Below, piece by piece: positions 9,835 through 17,628 of a stretch of DNA of 24,743 nucleotides (the first letter of the stretch is position 1; every line of letters starts with the position of its first letter). The position numbers were made by a program, and so were the translations under genes. The stretch is from a virus. Its lineage: Duplodnaviria > Caudoviricetes. Below the pieces are notes generated by a model. It was not told the origin of the DNA, did no database searches, and worked only from the letters and a program-made list of their open reading frames with translations. The stretch covers positions 1 through 24,743 of IMG/VR virus record IMGVR_UViG_3300025653_000247; one strand, given 5' to 3'.

Positions 9835-10483
9835 GCTCCTTTATTGTCCAAAAAAACGGACAGGTAAATCTAACTCCACTCTTTATTTCTGTAACTCCAT
9901 GTATATAATTCATATCTCCAGGGAAGAAATAAGCAGCACCACGCTTCGGTTTAAACTGAATACCTTGTTTAGGAAAATAAAGCTCGCCGCCCTCATAGTC
10001 ATCATTTAAATAAAATAGGCTGGCTAGATCATAATATGGAAAATCATTTGGCTTCCCCGCGTTTTCTCCTTCGTGCAACTCTTTATCTGCATGTGGGTGT
10101 TGATATTGACCTGGCAACCATTTAACTATGGTTGGTCCAGTTGCTTGTATTTTTACATTAAAATGTTCTTCAACTGGAACCTTTAATCTATCCATCATTT
10201 TTGTAATCATCAGAGGTATTTGTGGATTTACAGATCTTAAAGTTTCAAAAGTAGCAACCCTGTCTTTCCAATATTCTGACTCATATATCACAACGCCGTC
10301 CTCATCATAATGTGTTTCTGTTTGATCCCAGGTTGTGAGATTTTTAGCAAAGTTTGATAACGTGTCTAATTCTTTTTCTGTCATAAAGTTTTCTAGCTCA
10401 ACAATATTGCTTGCGTCCATACCAAAATACCCAGAGGGTGTTATAGATACTGGTTTTTGTAAATTTTGAGGATTGGTAATCAT
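9821..10483 (-). CDS. 2OG-Fe(II) oxygenase, prolyl hydroxylase-like
   Basis: HADKE...LASLFYLNDDYEGGELYF...IHGVTEIKSGVRF. Start placed at ATG 10483, 6 nt after TACAAT (leaderless). Confidence 0.9.
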   Translation of the reverse strand: MITNPQNLQKPVSITPSGYFGMDASNIVELENFMTEKELDTLSNFAKNLTTWDQTETHYDEDGVVIYESEYWKDRVATFETLRSVNPQIPLMITKMMDRLKVPVEEHFNVKIQATGPTIVKWLPGQYQHPHADKELHEGENAGKPNDFPYYDLASLFYLNDDYEGGELYFPKQGIQFKPKRGAAYFFPGDMNYIHGVTEIKSGVRFTCPFFWTIKELGDA

Positions 10484-10497
10484 GACAAAATTGTACC

Positions 10498-11265
10498 TTA
10501 TTTGTAAGATCTTCTCTTCCAAATTTTATTCTTATACACCCCACCATTTTTTACTCTAAATCTAAGGGTGTTAATCATATTTTTTGTGTACATTCTTTCT
10601 GGGTTTTCTATTTTTATGTCTGATGACCAGTTTTCTCTTTTGAATGGAAAAAGCTGAGAATACGGTGTTCCAGCAGGCAAAACTCCAGTCCACCCTTTAA
10701 ATAGAAAGAACGGAATGGTTCCAGCAATAAGCACCTTATCACTATCAACCACACCACTTGTAGTAATAAATGGAAGATCAAACCTGTTCATAGGGTGTGT
10801 GTACAAAACACTATACCCTTCTGGTACAGTCACGGCCCAATTCATCCACCAAGCAAAATGGTTGTCATCGTACCCCATGGGGGTTACAAACTGGGGCATT
10901 GGAGATCTTTCATCAATAAAGTCTTTGTTTTGTTTATCTAAAACTTTGGCTCTAATCCTATTATTGTCGTAATAAAATTCTATGTCACAAGGCGTTCTTA
11001 AAACGTAGCCTGAAGACATAACATCTAACAATGCAGGACACGACTTCCATGTAGGTATTTTCCCACCATCTTGTGGATCAATATATGGCTTATTTGTTTG
11101 TGGATCAATCGCATATATGTCTGCATCTTTATACCACTTAGGAATCGTTTTTACGGAAGAAACTGGACATGACGGATGATTTTCTGTTAGATGATGCCTA
11201 TTAGATGTAAAGATTATGCTTTTATCATTCACTTTTTGTTGTAAGCTTGATTGTTCTTGATTCAT
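10498..11265 (-). CDS. DUF6065-like / dUTPase-like beta-clip protein
   Basis: PKWYK...TWKSCPALLDVMSSGY...PEGYSVLYTHPMNR.DLPF...SGVVDSD...PAGTPYSQLFPFKRE. Confidence 0.65.
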   Translation of the reverse strand: MNQEQSSLQQKVNDKSIIFTSNRHHLTENHPSCPVSSVKTIPKWYKDADIYAIDPQTNKPYIDPQDGGKIPTWKSCPALLDVMSSGYVLRTPCDIEFYYDNNRIRAKVLDKQNKDFIDERSPMPQFVTPMGYDDNHFAWWMNWAVTVPEGYSVLYTHPMNRFDLPFITTSGVVDSDKVLIAGTIPFFLFKGWTGVLPAGTPYSQLFPFKRENWSSDIKIENPERMYTKNMINTLRFRVKNGGVYKNKIWKRRSYK

Positions 11266-11920
11266 GACTTCCCACAGACTCCCCTCTACTATTCTCTGCT
11301 TTTCTATAAAGGTTTGTAAATTTTCCTAGTTTGCTAACTTTTTTATAAAATTCAAAGTCTTCCTTAACTTGCTCTTTATTAATTGGATAAGGCTTATTTT
11401 GTATTTTTACCTCAAACTCTTGCAGAGCACCTAATGATATTGGAACAATGGTGGCAACAGGCGTACCTGCTGGTATTATTATTTCTACATTGGGCTTTGT
11501 TATCCTCCATGCGATAGGAATAGATGACTTAAAAAATGAGGTACTTATTAGGTTAGTAAAGCATTGAGCATTTTCATTAAATTCATTTGGAACGGGCATT
11601 ACTAAAGTAGTAACACTTTCTTCTGTTACAACAGTAAGATATGTATTAAAGCTTATAGTAGCATTGCCTCTAGATGTAAAACAATACTTATTTCCGCTTA
11701 TTACCTTAACGTGATCTGCGGTTGTATCACAAATTCCGTCCCAAATAAAGGATATGTCCTCTGGAAAAGATATTCCCCATCCCAATGAGTTTGCCAGGGA
11801 TAGGGGCATACATTGATATGCATGTTTGTTTGGCGTTTCATCCATCCATAATCTTTTTACTTGTAGCTGTTCTATATTGGCAGATTTATCTATTTCTTTA
11901 TGAACATGTATTGATCTCAT
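11225..11920 (-). CDS. DUF6065 family protein
   Basis: RLWMDETPNKHAYQCMPLSLANSLGW...WRITKPN....PAGTPVATIVP matches the recalled DUF6065 pattern; distant paralog of the next gene. Confidence 0.75.
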   Translation of the reverse strand: MRSIHVHKEIDKSANIEQLQVKRLWMDETPNKHAYQCMPLSLANSLGWGISFPEDISFIWDGICDTTADHVKVISGNKYCFTSRGNATISFNTYLTVVTEESVTTLVMPVPNEFNENAQCFTNLISTSFFKSSIPIAWRITKPNVEIIIPAGTPVATIVPISLGALQEFEVKIQNKPYPINKEQVKEDFEFYKKVSKLGKFTNLYRKAENSRGESVGSHESRTIKLTTKSE

Positions 11921-12606
11921 GACCCTGTTTCCTGATAAAACTCTGGGCTATGGAACTTGTCTGAATAATCAAGCATTGTTACTAGTGAATATTTAGTTCC
12001 ACTAATTACTGGCATAGCTCTATGAGGATACATAAAGTTTGATGGGAAAACAAATAGATCCCCCGCTTCTGGCTTTACCTGTAGGTTTTGTAGTCTAAAA
12101 GATATTTCTCCACCTTCATAATTATCATTTAAATAAAGAACAAGAGATACTGTGCAGTTATATGAATATCCATGGTCGTGATGATATTCAAAGTGCTCTC
12201 CAGGGCCGTACTTAACAAGATTCATTGCCTCCCAATATCTAAGCTCCCCGATGTTGTAATGTTTGGCATAGTCTTTTACAGGCTGCAACTGTCTATAGTG
12301 TAGTTCTGAATATATTTGGTTTATTGTCTGAACACCTGGAATATTTTCTGGTAATTGACCAGGCTTATATTTAAAGTCATGGCAATCTCTGTATTCAGGC
12401 ATAAGCTCCTGATATCCCACATATGCTGGCATCCAACTTAGTGATGGGTTCCATGACCTATCTAAAATTTTTGAAATCTTTTCTACTATTTCATTTCCGT
12501 TACTTACAACGTTTTTATATACCCATATTCCATCTTTTAGTTCTTCAGAATCTGTCCAAGTTTGTTCTTCAATTTCGTACCATGGACCTTGTGTTATTTT
12601 TTCCAT
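11917..12606 (-). CDS. 2OG-Fe(II) oxygenase, prolyl 4-hydroxylase-like
   Basis: HHD...VLYLNDNYEGGEISF...KPEAGDLFVFPSNFMYPHRAMPVISGTKY; ATG 12606 behind GGAG. Confidence 0.92.
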   Translation of the reverse strand: MEKITQGPWYEIEEQTWTDSEELKDGIWVYKNVVSNGNEIVEKISKILDRSWNPSLSWMPAYVGYQELMPEYRDCHDFKYKPGQLPENIPGVQTINQIYSELHYRQLQPVKDYAKHYNIGELRYWEAMNLVKYGPGEHFEYHHDHGYSYNCTVSLVLYLNDNYEGGEISFRLQNLQVKPEAGDLFVFPSNFMYPHRAMPVISGTKYSLVTMLDYSDKFHSPEFYQETGS

Positions 12607-12627
12607 TAATGCTCCAATCAAAGGAAA

Positions 12628-12636
12628 ATTATATCA
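12628..12636 (-). promoter_or_regulatory. Extended -10 promoter TGATATAAT, internal to the enzyme cluster
   Basis: Overlaps the stop codon of the upstream gene; identical to the structural-gene promoters. Confidence 0.7.
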
Positions 12637-13236
12637 CAGCAGAATTGGCATCCATTTTTGAGGATATTGATCAGGTATTCTACTCAGGGTAGATAGATTA
12701 AAGGATATTGCTTTTTCTATATTCCTAAGTTGTATGTCTACTCCCGACTCAAACACTACTATAGTTCCAATAACTACCTCTGTTTCAGTTGAGTTTATTT
12801 TTATGCTAGCATCTTCATTTGCCTGTAGTATCCAGTATCCAGAAAATGAAGGGGCACCACCTCCACCTGTGTCATATAGTACATCATCTCTAAAAGATTC
12901 TTCATACTCAGATGTTAAATAGTACTTATTTTTTACTGTATTAATTTCTCTCTTACCACTAATTATTGATAACAGAGACACTACCTCTTTAAAACAAAGA
13001 TACACAGATTCGTTATAAAGCTGAAAATAATTAAAAGATAGGTCGTTAACACATGATCTATCATAAACAAAGCTTGCTCTATCTCCACCATTAAAAAGAT
13101 AAACTTCCTCTTTGCTATTTCTTATAAAATCAATATCTTCTATTACATTTTTTGGAATAATTTCAGAGGTTAAAACAAGATTGCTGCGCTTTATTTTTTC
13201 AAACAAAACACTCTCTTTATGAGCATTAGTTTTCAT
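12634..13236 (-). CDS. Hypothetical protein, possibly a degenerate double-stranded beta-helix (oxygenase-like) fold
   Basis: LYDTGG...SFSGYWIL...GTIVVFESG...ISFNL resembles a DSBH strand order, but the metal-binding His residues are absent. Confidence 0.55.
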   Translation of the reverse strand: MKTNAHKESVLFEKIKRSNLVLTSEIIPKNVIEDIDFIRNSKEEVYLFNGGDRASFVYDRSCVNDLSFNYFQLYNESVYLCFKEVVSLLSIISGKREINTVKNKYYLTSEYEESFRDDVLYDTGGGGAPSFSGYWILQANEDASIKINSTETEVVIGTIVVFESGVDIQLRNIEKAISFNLSTLSRIPDQYPQKWMPILL

Positions 13237-13774
13237 TTTTTATCCTTTTAGAAATTCTGTTATTTTGCCATGAATAAGGAAATGCTGGATCTCTAGGCAT
13301 CTCCTCATCTGGATAATCCATCCTACCATTATTTTTTGTTTTTAATTCTTGACCAATACCCTTTGTAGCTTTTTGATAAAAAGATTCCATTTTAGTATTT
13401 CTGTCGGGGGTAACATCTACATGAATACCAAATGTTCCCCACATAATAACTCTTGTCATATATCCATACCATGTCCACCACTTTTTACCACGATGTATTG
13501 GATTGATACTAGCCCTCTCACCATAATATATTCCATCTTCATTAGGACGGGAATATACGGAGTATACGTCTGGATACTTATGATACATATACGGAGAAGA
13601 AATTACTGTCCCTGCAGGAAAATCTTGATTGTGATACATAGAAATAAAGAAAGAATGAAGGCCACCACTTTTAAATTTGTGAGTAAATATCCAACTGTCG
13701 CCTAACTCTATTGGAAAACATTCAAAGTCTGCAGTAGCGACACCATTATCATCCTTTGCTACAAAGCTTGTCAT
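13226..13774 (-). CDS. Hypothetical protein, possibly GNAT-like acyltransferase
   Basis: ATGA overlap with the Hint gene; ERASINPIHRGKK resembles GNAT motif A, followed later by N..MESFYQK. Confidence 0.5.
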   Translation of the reverse strand: MTSFVAKDDNGVATADFECFPIELGDSWIFTHKFKSGGLHSFFISMYHNQDFPAGTVISSPYMYHKYPDVYSVYSRPNEDGIYYGERASINPIHRGKKWWTWYGYMTRVIMWGTFGIHVDVTPDRNTKMESFYQKATKGIGQELKTKNNGRMDYPDEEMPRDPAFPYSWQNNRISKRIKNEN

Positions 13775-14697
13775 TCGTAACCGATGTTTTCTATCTCGCG
13801 CATGGAATGACTGTCATGTACCAGCATGTGTTCTGTAAAGAACACATCATATGGCTCTACGTTAATACAAACTACCTCATGTGGTGATTCTATAAACTCA
13901 AGAAGCGTTATCTCTTCAAATGAGGAAGTTTGATATGAATAGATAAGGTCTGTTTCTACAACATTAAGAACTTCAATAAATTTTGCCTCACCGTCTCTCA
14001 TTACAAGGATAAAGTGGGTGTCAGAAAATATGTCATCGTTGATTACAATTGCCCACTCTGTAGTTCTGGTTACTATTCCAACAACTGTTGATTCCTTATA
14101 AGTTATTTGTGGATCTTCACTCGTCCAATCAAGTGCCTGTTGATTTGATTCTTCCGTCCACATATACGGGAATCCTTCAATTTCTGCAGAAATAAGGGTG
14201 TCTCCATACTCTAAATCGCCTGCAGCAACAAGACCGTCTGGTGTCCTAATTAGTGTGTCAACTCCAACGGATTTGTAGAGGTGATGGGGGGGAGGCTTGA
14301 AATATGGTGGGAAGAACGGTGGGAAGAACGGTGGGAAGAAAGGGAACGATGGTGGGAAAAACGGTGGGAAGAAGGGGCCAAAAGATGGTGGGAAGAAAGG
14401 GAACGATGGTGGGAAAAACGGTGGGAAGAAGGGTGGGAAGAAAGGAGCAACATATTGATAGTAATTATAGTCAACAGCACCGCCTGGGGTAGTTTGTTCA
14501 TTTGCTAATGGGTTTTGACTAATAATTTGTTGATCCAAGCTAGTATTTGTTGTCGTTGTGGATGTTTCTGTGCCAACAACAAGACCAGCTTCATTTAATT
14601 TTGTTGCTGCATTTGTTCTAGTTTGTCCAATAATATTTGGAACAAATTTTCTAATTCCTCTACCGATGGGACCGAATATGTCAGAAAGAAATGCCAT
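13771..14697 (-). CDS. PASTA-like domain + Pro/Phe repeat + C-terminal Hint (intein-like) domain protein
   Basis: aa 18-80 VPNIIGQT...A...L..AGL.......QQIISQNP..N...PGGAVDY (PASTA); aa 85-137 (PFFP)n; aa 143-295 SVGVDTLIRTPDG...SDTHFILV...VVCINVEPYDVFFTEHMLVHD/S (Hint blocks A, B, F, G). Confidence 0.85.
   Translation of the reverse strand: MAFLSDIFGPIGRGIRKFVPNIIGQTRTNAATKLNEAGLVVGTETSTTTTNTSLDQQIISQNPLANEQTTPGGAVDYNYYQYVAPFFPPFFPPFFPPSFPFFPPSFGPFFPPFFPPSFPFFPPFFPPFFPPYFKPPPHHLYKSVGVDTLIRTPDGLVAAGDLEYGDTLISAEIEGFPYMWTEESNQQALDWTSEDPQITYKESTVVGIVTRTTEWAIVINDDIFSDTHFILVMRDGEAKFIEVLNVVETDLIYSYQTSSFEEITLLEFIESPHEVVCINVEPYDVFFTEHMLVHDSHSMREIENIGYE
14287..14445 (-). repeat. 12-nt-unit coding repeat for (Pro-Phe-Phe-Pro)n, with a 57-nt internal duplication
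   Basis: 53 aa containing 25 Pro and 22 Phe; PFFPPFFPPSFPFFPP occurs twice, 19 aa apart. Confidence 0.95.
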
Positions 14698-14705
14698 GTT
14701 ATTCC

Positions 14706-15458
14706 CTAAAAATTAAGCGAGGCTTGGGCCAAGACTGTCCAAGAGCTTGACTGACGGATAAGAGTAAAGCTAAAAATATCAATTTTATTAGCTGTTGGTG
14801 TAGGGGTGATGCCTGCAACCCATCGTATAGTTTGTGCTGAACCATTTATATTAAAAGCAGATGGGATTCCTCCTGTACTCCCCTGAGTTACAATGATAGT
14901 TATATTAATGACTTTATCATTATCTAGTGGAACATTGATTGCATCAATGCTAAAGTTCGCACTTGGAGAAGAAAGAGATACATTAGCTCCTGTTGCGTAA
15001 TCAATTGTTAAAGTTCCAGCAGATAATAGTTCTGAAGATAGTGATTCCCTGACTGATTGAACATCAAAGTCTCCTGTGACATTAATACTTTCTGTTACAT
15101 TAAAAGTGCCCGTGACATTAAAATCCCCAGTAACTGTTGAAGTTCCAGTAATTGTTGGAGAAGAAAGTGTTGCAGAAGAAAGTGTTTTATTTGTCAATGT
15201 TTGAGTGGATGTTGTTCCTACAAGATTACCTGATTCTACTCCGTGCACTCCAGTTGTCGATGATGCGTGAGTAGAAAGGTCTTGTTCTATCCCAGCAAGG
15301 TGGCCTTCCATACCTCCTGGATCACCATTGCCATCATAGTCTGCACCATAATGATACTCTGTAAAGGCTTGAATAATGTTGGCAACATCTGTTTGCTCAG
15401 GAACACCTACGTCATAGTTTGTAGTAAAGTTATTGGTGTCTGATATATTTTGTGCCAT
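14706..15458 (-). CDS. Tail-fibre protein with C-terminal adaptor domain
   Basis: H.SSTTGVHGV....LVGTTSTQTLTNKTL motif; C-terminal WVAGITPTPTANKIDIFSFTL...W domain; ATG 15458 behind GGAG. Confidence 0.8.
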   Translation of the reverse strand: MAQNISDTNNFTTNYDVGVPEQTDVANIIQAFTEYHYGADYDGNGDPGGMEGHLAGIEQDLSTHASSTTGVHGVESGNLVGTTSTQTLTNKTLSSATLSSPTITGTSTVTGDFNVTGTFNVTESINVTGDFDVQSVRESLSSELLSAGTLTIDYATGANVSLSSPSANFSIDAINVPLDNDKVINITIIVTQGSTGGIPSAFNINGSAQTIRWVAGITPTPTANKIDIFSFTLIRQSSSWTVLAQASLNF

Positions 15459-15474
15459 TTTTTTCTCCACTTTT

Positions 15475-15483
15475 ATTATATCA
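15475..15483 (-). promoter_or_regulatory. Extended -10 promoter TGATATAAT
   Basis: Intergenic, upstream of GGAG and ATG 15458. Confidence 0.75.
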
Positions 15484-16089
15484 TCAAGCGAGCAATGATA
15501 TTGTTATGTGATGCTTTGCTGATGAATCTGTTAGGTCTAACCATTGTGCAGATGCTGAATTATAGTATAAAGAATAAAAATCAACATTTATAAAGTTTGT
15601 TATATTATTTACTGATTTTGTTTTAAGACTGGTAACTACAGGAGCGTCTTCAAATTCAGTAGAGATTTGAATGCTTAGATTATTTTCAGAAATAGAGGTT
15701 GCGCTATATTCAGAAAAAGCCTCCGCTATACTAACCCCATATGTATAAATACCCCCGCTTGCACTAATATTCCCTACACTAGCACTTAATGATGCAACGT
15801 CACTATAAATAGATGGCTTTAGTGAGCCAATTTTTTCCCATTGAAATCCACCAGCACCATCAGATAAGTATTGATATAGATATCCTTCTGTCTGTCCCTG
15901 GCTTTCTCTAATAAATAAGTCATTTAAAAGAATACTAGCGTCTGGTGGAGCTACGTTTGGATCATCAAATCCACTAAATATCTGACTACCCCTTTGCCCT
16001 GTAGCACCAACATCTAATTGTATATCTATAGTAGCAGGAGGGCCAATGACAGATATTTCTGGAGTATTTAGCAACACCTCTATGCTCAT
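15484..16089 (-). CDS. Minor tail/baseplate-appendage protein
   Basis: N-terminal beta-strands then GATGQRGSQIFSG..DP; ATGA overlap with the upstream gene. Confidence 0.7.
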   Translation of the reverse strand: MSIEVLLNTPEISVIGPPATIDIQLDVGATGQRGSQIFSGFDDPNVAPPDASILLNDLFIRESQGQTEGYLYQYLSDGAGGFQWEKIGSLKPSIYSDVASLSASVGNISASGGIYTYGVSIAEAFSEYSATSISENNLSIQISTEFEDAPVVTSLKTKSVNNITNFINVDFYSLYYNSASAQWLDLTDSSAKHHITISLLA

Positions 16090-16445
16090 GTTATTCTACC
16101 GCTAATATCATTAGTCACTGTTATTGTTCCTGCAAGTAAGGTATAAACATTGTCATCATTCTTAATCTCTACGTCATAAACATACGATGTGCCCTGTGCT
16201 AAATTCTCACCGTCCTCTGGAGCAATGACACAACTGATATATGATTCTGCAGAGTTAATTGTTATATCTCCGTTAAAAACAAAAGTATCTGTTCCCCCAG
16301 ATCGTGATGCTATGGTAAATGTTGCACTTGCAGACAAATAATCTGATAAATCAAATGCTGTTCCATCAGCATTTTTGGGCTGAACAACAAACTCAAAAGA
16401 GTCTCCACGATAATATGAGAAGTTATAAGTTGCAGGAAAAGCCAT
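16086..16445 (-). CDS. BppU-N-like Ig-fold baseplate/fibre attachment protein
   Basis: YRGDSFEF...KNADGTAFDLS.Y...YVYDVEI......TLLAGTITV; paralog of 17628-17969. Confidence 0.75.
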   Translation of the reverse strand: MAFPATYNFSYYRGDSFEFVVQPKNADGTAFDLSDYLSASATFTIASRSGGTDTFVFNGDITINSAESYISCVIAPEDGENLAQGTSYVYDVEIKNDDNVYTLLAGTITVTNDISGRIT

Positions 16446-16451
16446 ATCTAG

Positions 16452-16460
16452 ATTATATCA
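16452..16460 (-). promoter_or_regulatory. Extended -10 promoter TGATATAAT, leaderless
   Basis: Only 6 nt before ATG 16445 and no RBS. Confidence 0.75.
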
Positions 16461-16469
16461 TGTAGGACT

Positions 16470-17285
16470 TTAGTTTCCTGTATAGTAATATGGTATTTTT
16501 ATTTCGTTTCCACCAACATCGGCCAAAAGATAGCCATCGGGACCGTTTTGAAACTCTAAATATGTTGCACTAGCCGCAGATGCTGTATTTAAATTATTAT
16601 AGTTCAAATATCCATCAACACTTAGGTCACCAGCAATTGTTACATCGTCAGGTAAGCCAAGGGTGACTGATCCAGCAGAAGCTGAAACATTTACCTCATT
16701 AGTTGTACCTGCAAGAGAAGTAACACCTGTATTTGTTACCTCAACAGATGCTCCCTCTCCTGTTCCTGTAACAGAAATGCCTGCTCCAGCAGTTACATTA
16801 GCAACGTAATCACCCGTTGTATCTGTGCCTAATGCAACAGAATCTGCTGCTACTGCATTTGCTGTTCCAGCAGTTACAGCATATGTTGCACTTGCTGCTG
16901 TTCCTGAAATATCTACTGCTACTGTACTAGGCAAGCCAATAGTTACTGCTCCAGCAGAAGCAGAAACGGTAACCTCATTGCTTGTTCCTGTTAGGCTTGT
17001 AACGCCTGTATTTGCAATAGTGAGTGAATTTCCATCATCATCATAATCAACAGAAATTCCTCCACCAGCGGTAATTAGACCATTGATGTAGTCTTCAATC
17101 TCTTCTTGTGTATTGCCTACGGTAGTCCAAGATGCTCCGTTGTAAACTTTCAACTTTGAATCATTTGTGTTGTAGTAAATCTGTCCTGATGCGGGGCTTT
17201 CTGGATCAGTAGCAAGATTCTGAATAGCTGCGTTTTGCAGTTCTAATTTGTTCAGATTGATAGGCGTAAGAAAATTTCTTGCCAT
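16470..17285 (-). CDS. Tail-fibre/structural protein
   Basis: FLTPINLNKLELQNAAIQNLATDP.SP..GQIYYNT; repeated NTGVTSL.GT.NEV.VSASAG.VT.GLP; SVALGTDTTGDYVA. Confidence 0.8.
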   Translation of the reverse strand: MARNFLTPINLNKLELQNAAIQNLATDPESPASGQIYYNTNDSKLKVYNGASWTTVGNTQEEIEDYINGLITAGGGISVDYDDDGNSLTIANTGVTSLTGTSNEVTVSASAGAVTIGLPSTVAVDISGTAASATYAVTAGTANAVAADSVALGTDTTGDYVANVTAGAGISVTGTGEGASVEVTNTGVTSLAGTTNEVNVSASAGSVTLGLPDDVTIAGDLSVDGYLNYNNLNTASAASATYLEFQNGPDGYLLADVGGNEIKIPYYYTGN

Positions 17286-17301
17286 TATTTATCTTTTCCT
17301 T

Positions 17302-17628
17302 TCATGATAAATACGCCTTTCCAGAGAGAGGTACTGAAAAGCTTGCAACCACAGTATTTGCATCTGGGTAGTTATATGACCCCTCAACGACTGTTCCTGC
17401 TGAATCTACTATAGTTATGCCTGGTATAAATTTAAGTCCGTGTGTTATTGTCCAAGTATTTGATGCAACAGATTGTGTATGAACATAAGAAAGATCAGCA
17501 AATAAAACTTCTCCATCTTCACCTTTTGGACCTTGTGGGCCAGATGTTCCAAGATCAACGGTAACCTTGTCATCTGTAGTTTCTATAGATGCAACACTTT
17601 CTATAATTTCTACAGTAACATCTGCCAT
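17302..17628 (-). CDS. Minor tail protein with short collagen-like linker
   Basis: GTSGPQGPKGEDG followed by YVHTQSVASNTWTITHGL...GKAYLS. Confidence 0.8.
   Translation of the reverse strand: MADVTVEIIESVASIETTDDKVTVDLGTSGPQGPKGEDGEVLFADLSYVHTQSVASNTWTITHGLKFIPGITIVDSAGTVVEGSYNYPDANTVVASFSVPLSGKAYLS

Noticed and set aside
6110-13705. Plus-strand ORFs across the fibre and enzyme genes
   Set aside because: Antisense shadows of well-supported minus-strand genes.
14287-14445. Short repeats as a possible CRISPR array
   Set aside because: No unique spacers, in-frame coding periodicity, and no cas genes.
14250-14508. ORFs with WWEER, MVGRK and SSHR repeats
   Set aside because: Alternative-frame and antisense shadows of the 12-nt Pro/Phe repeat; only the PFFP frame joins recognisable domains.
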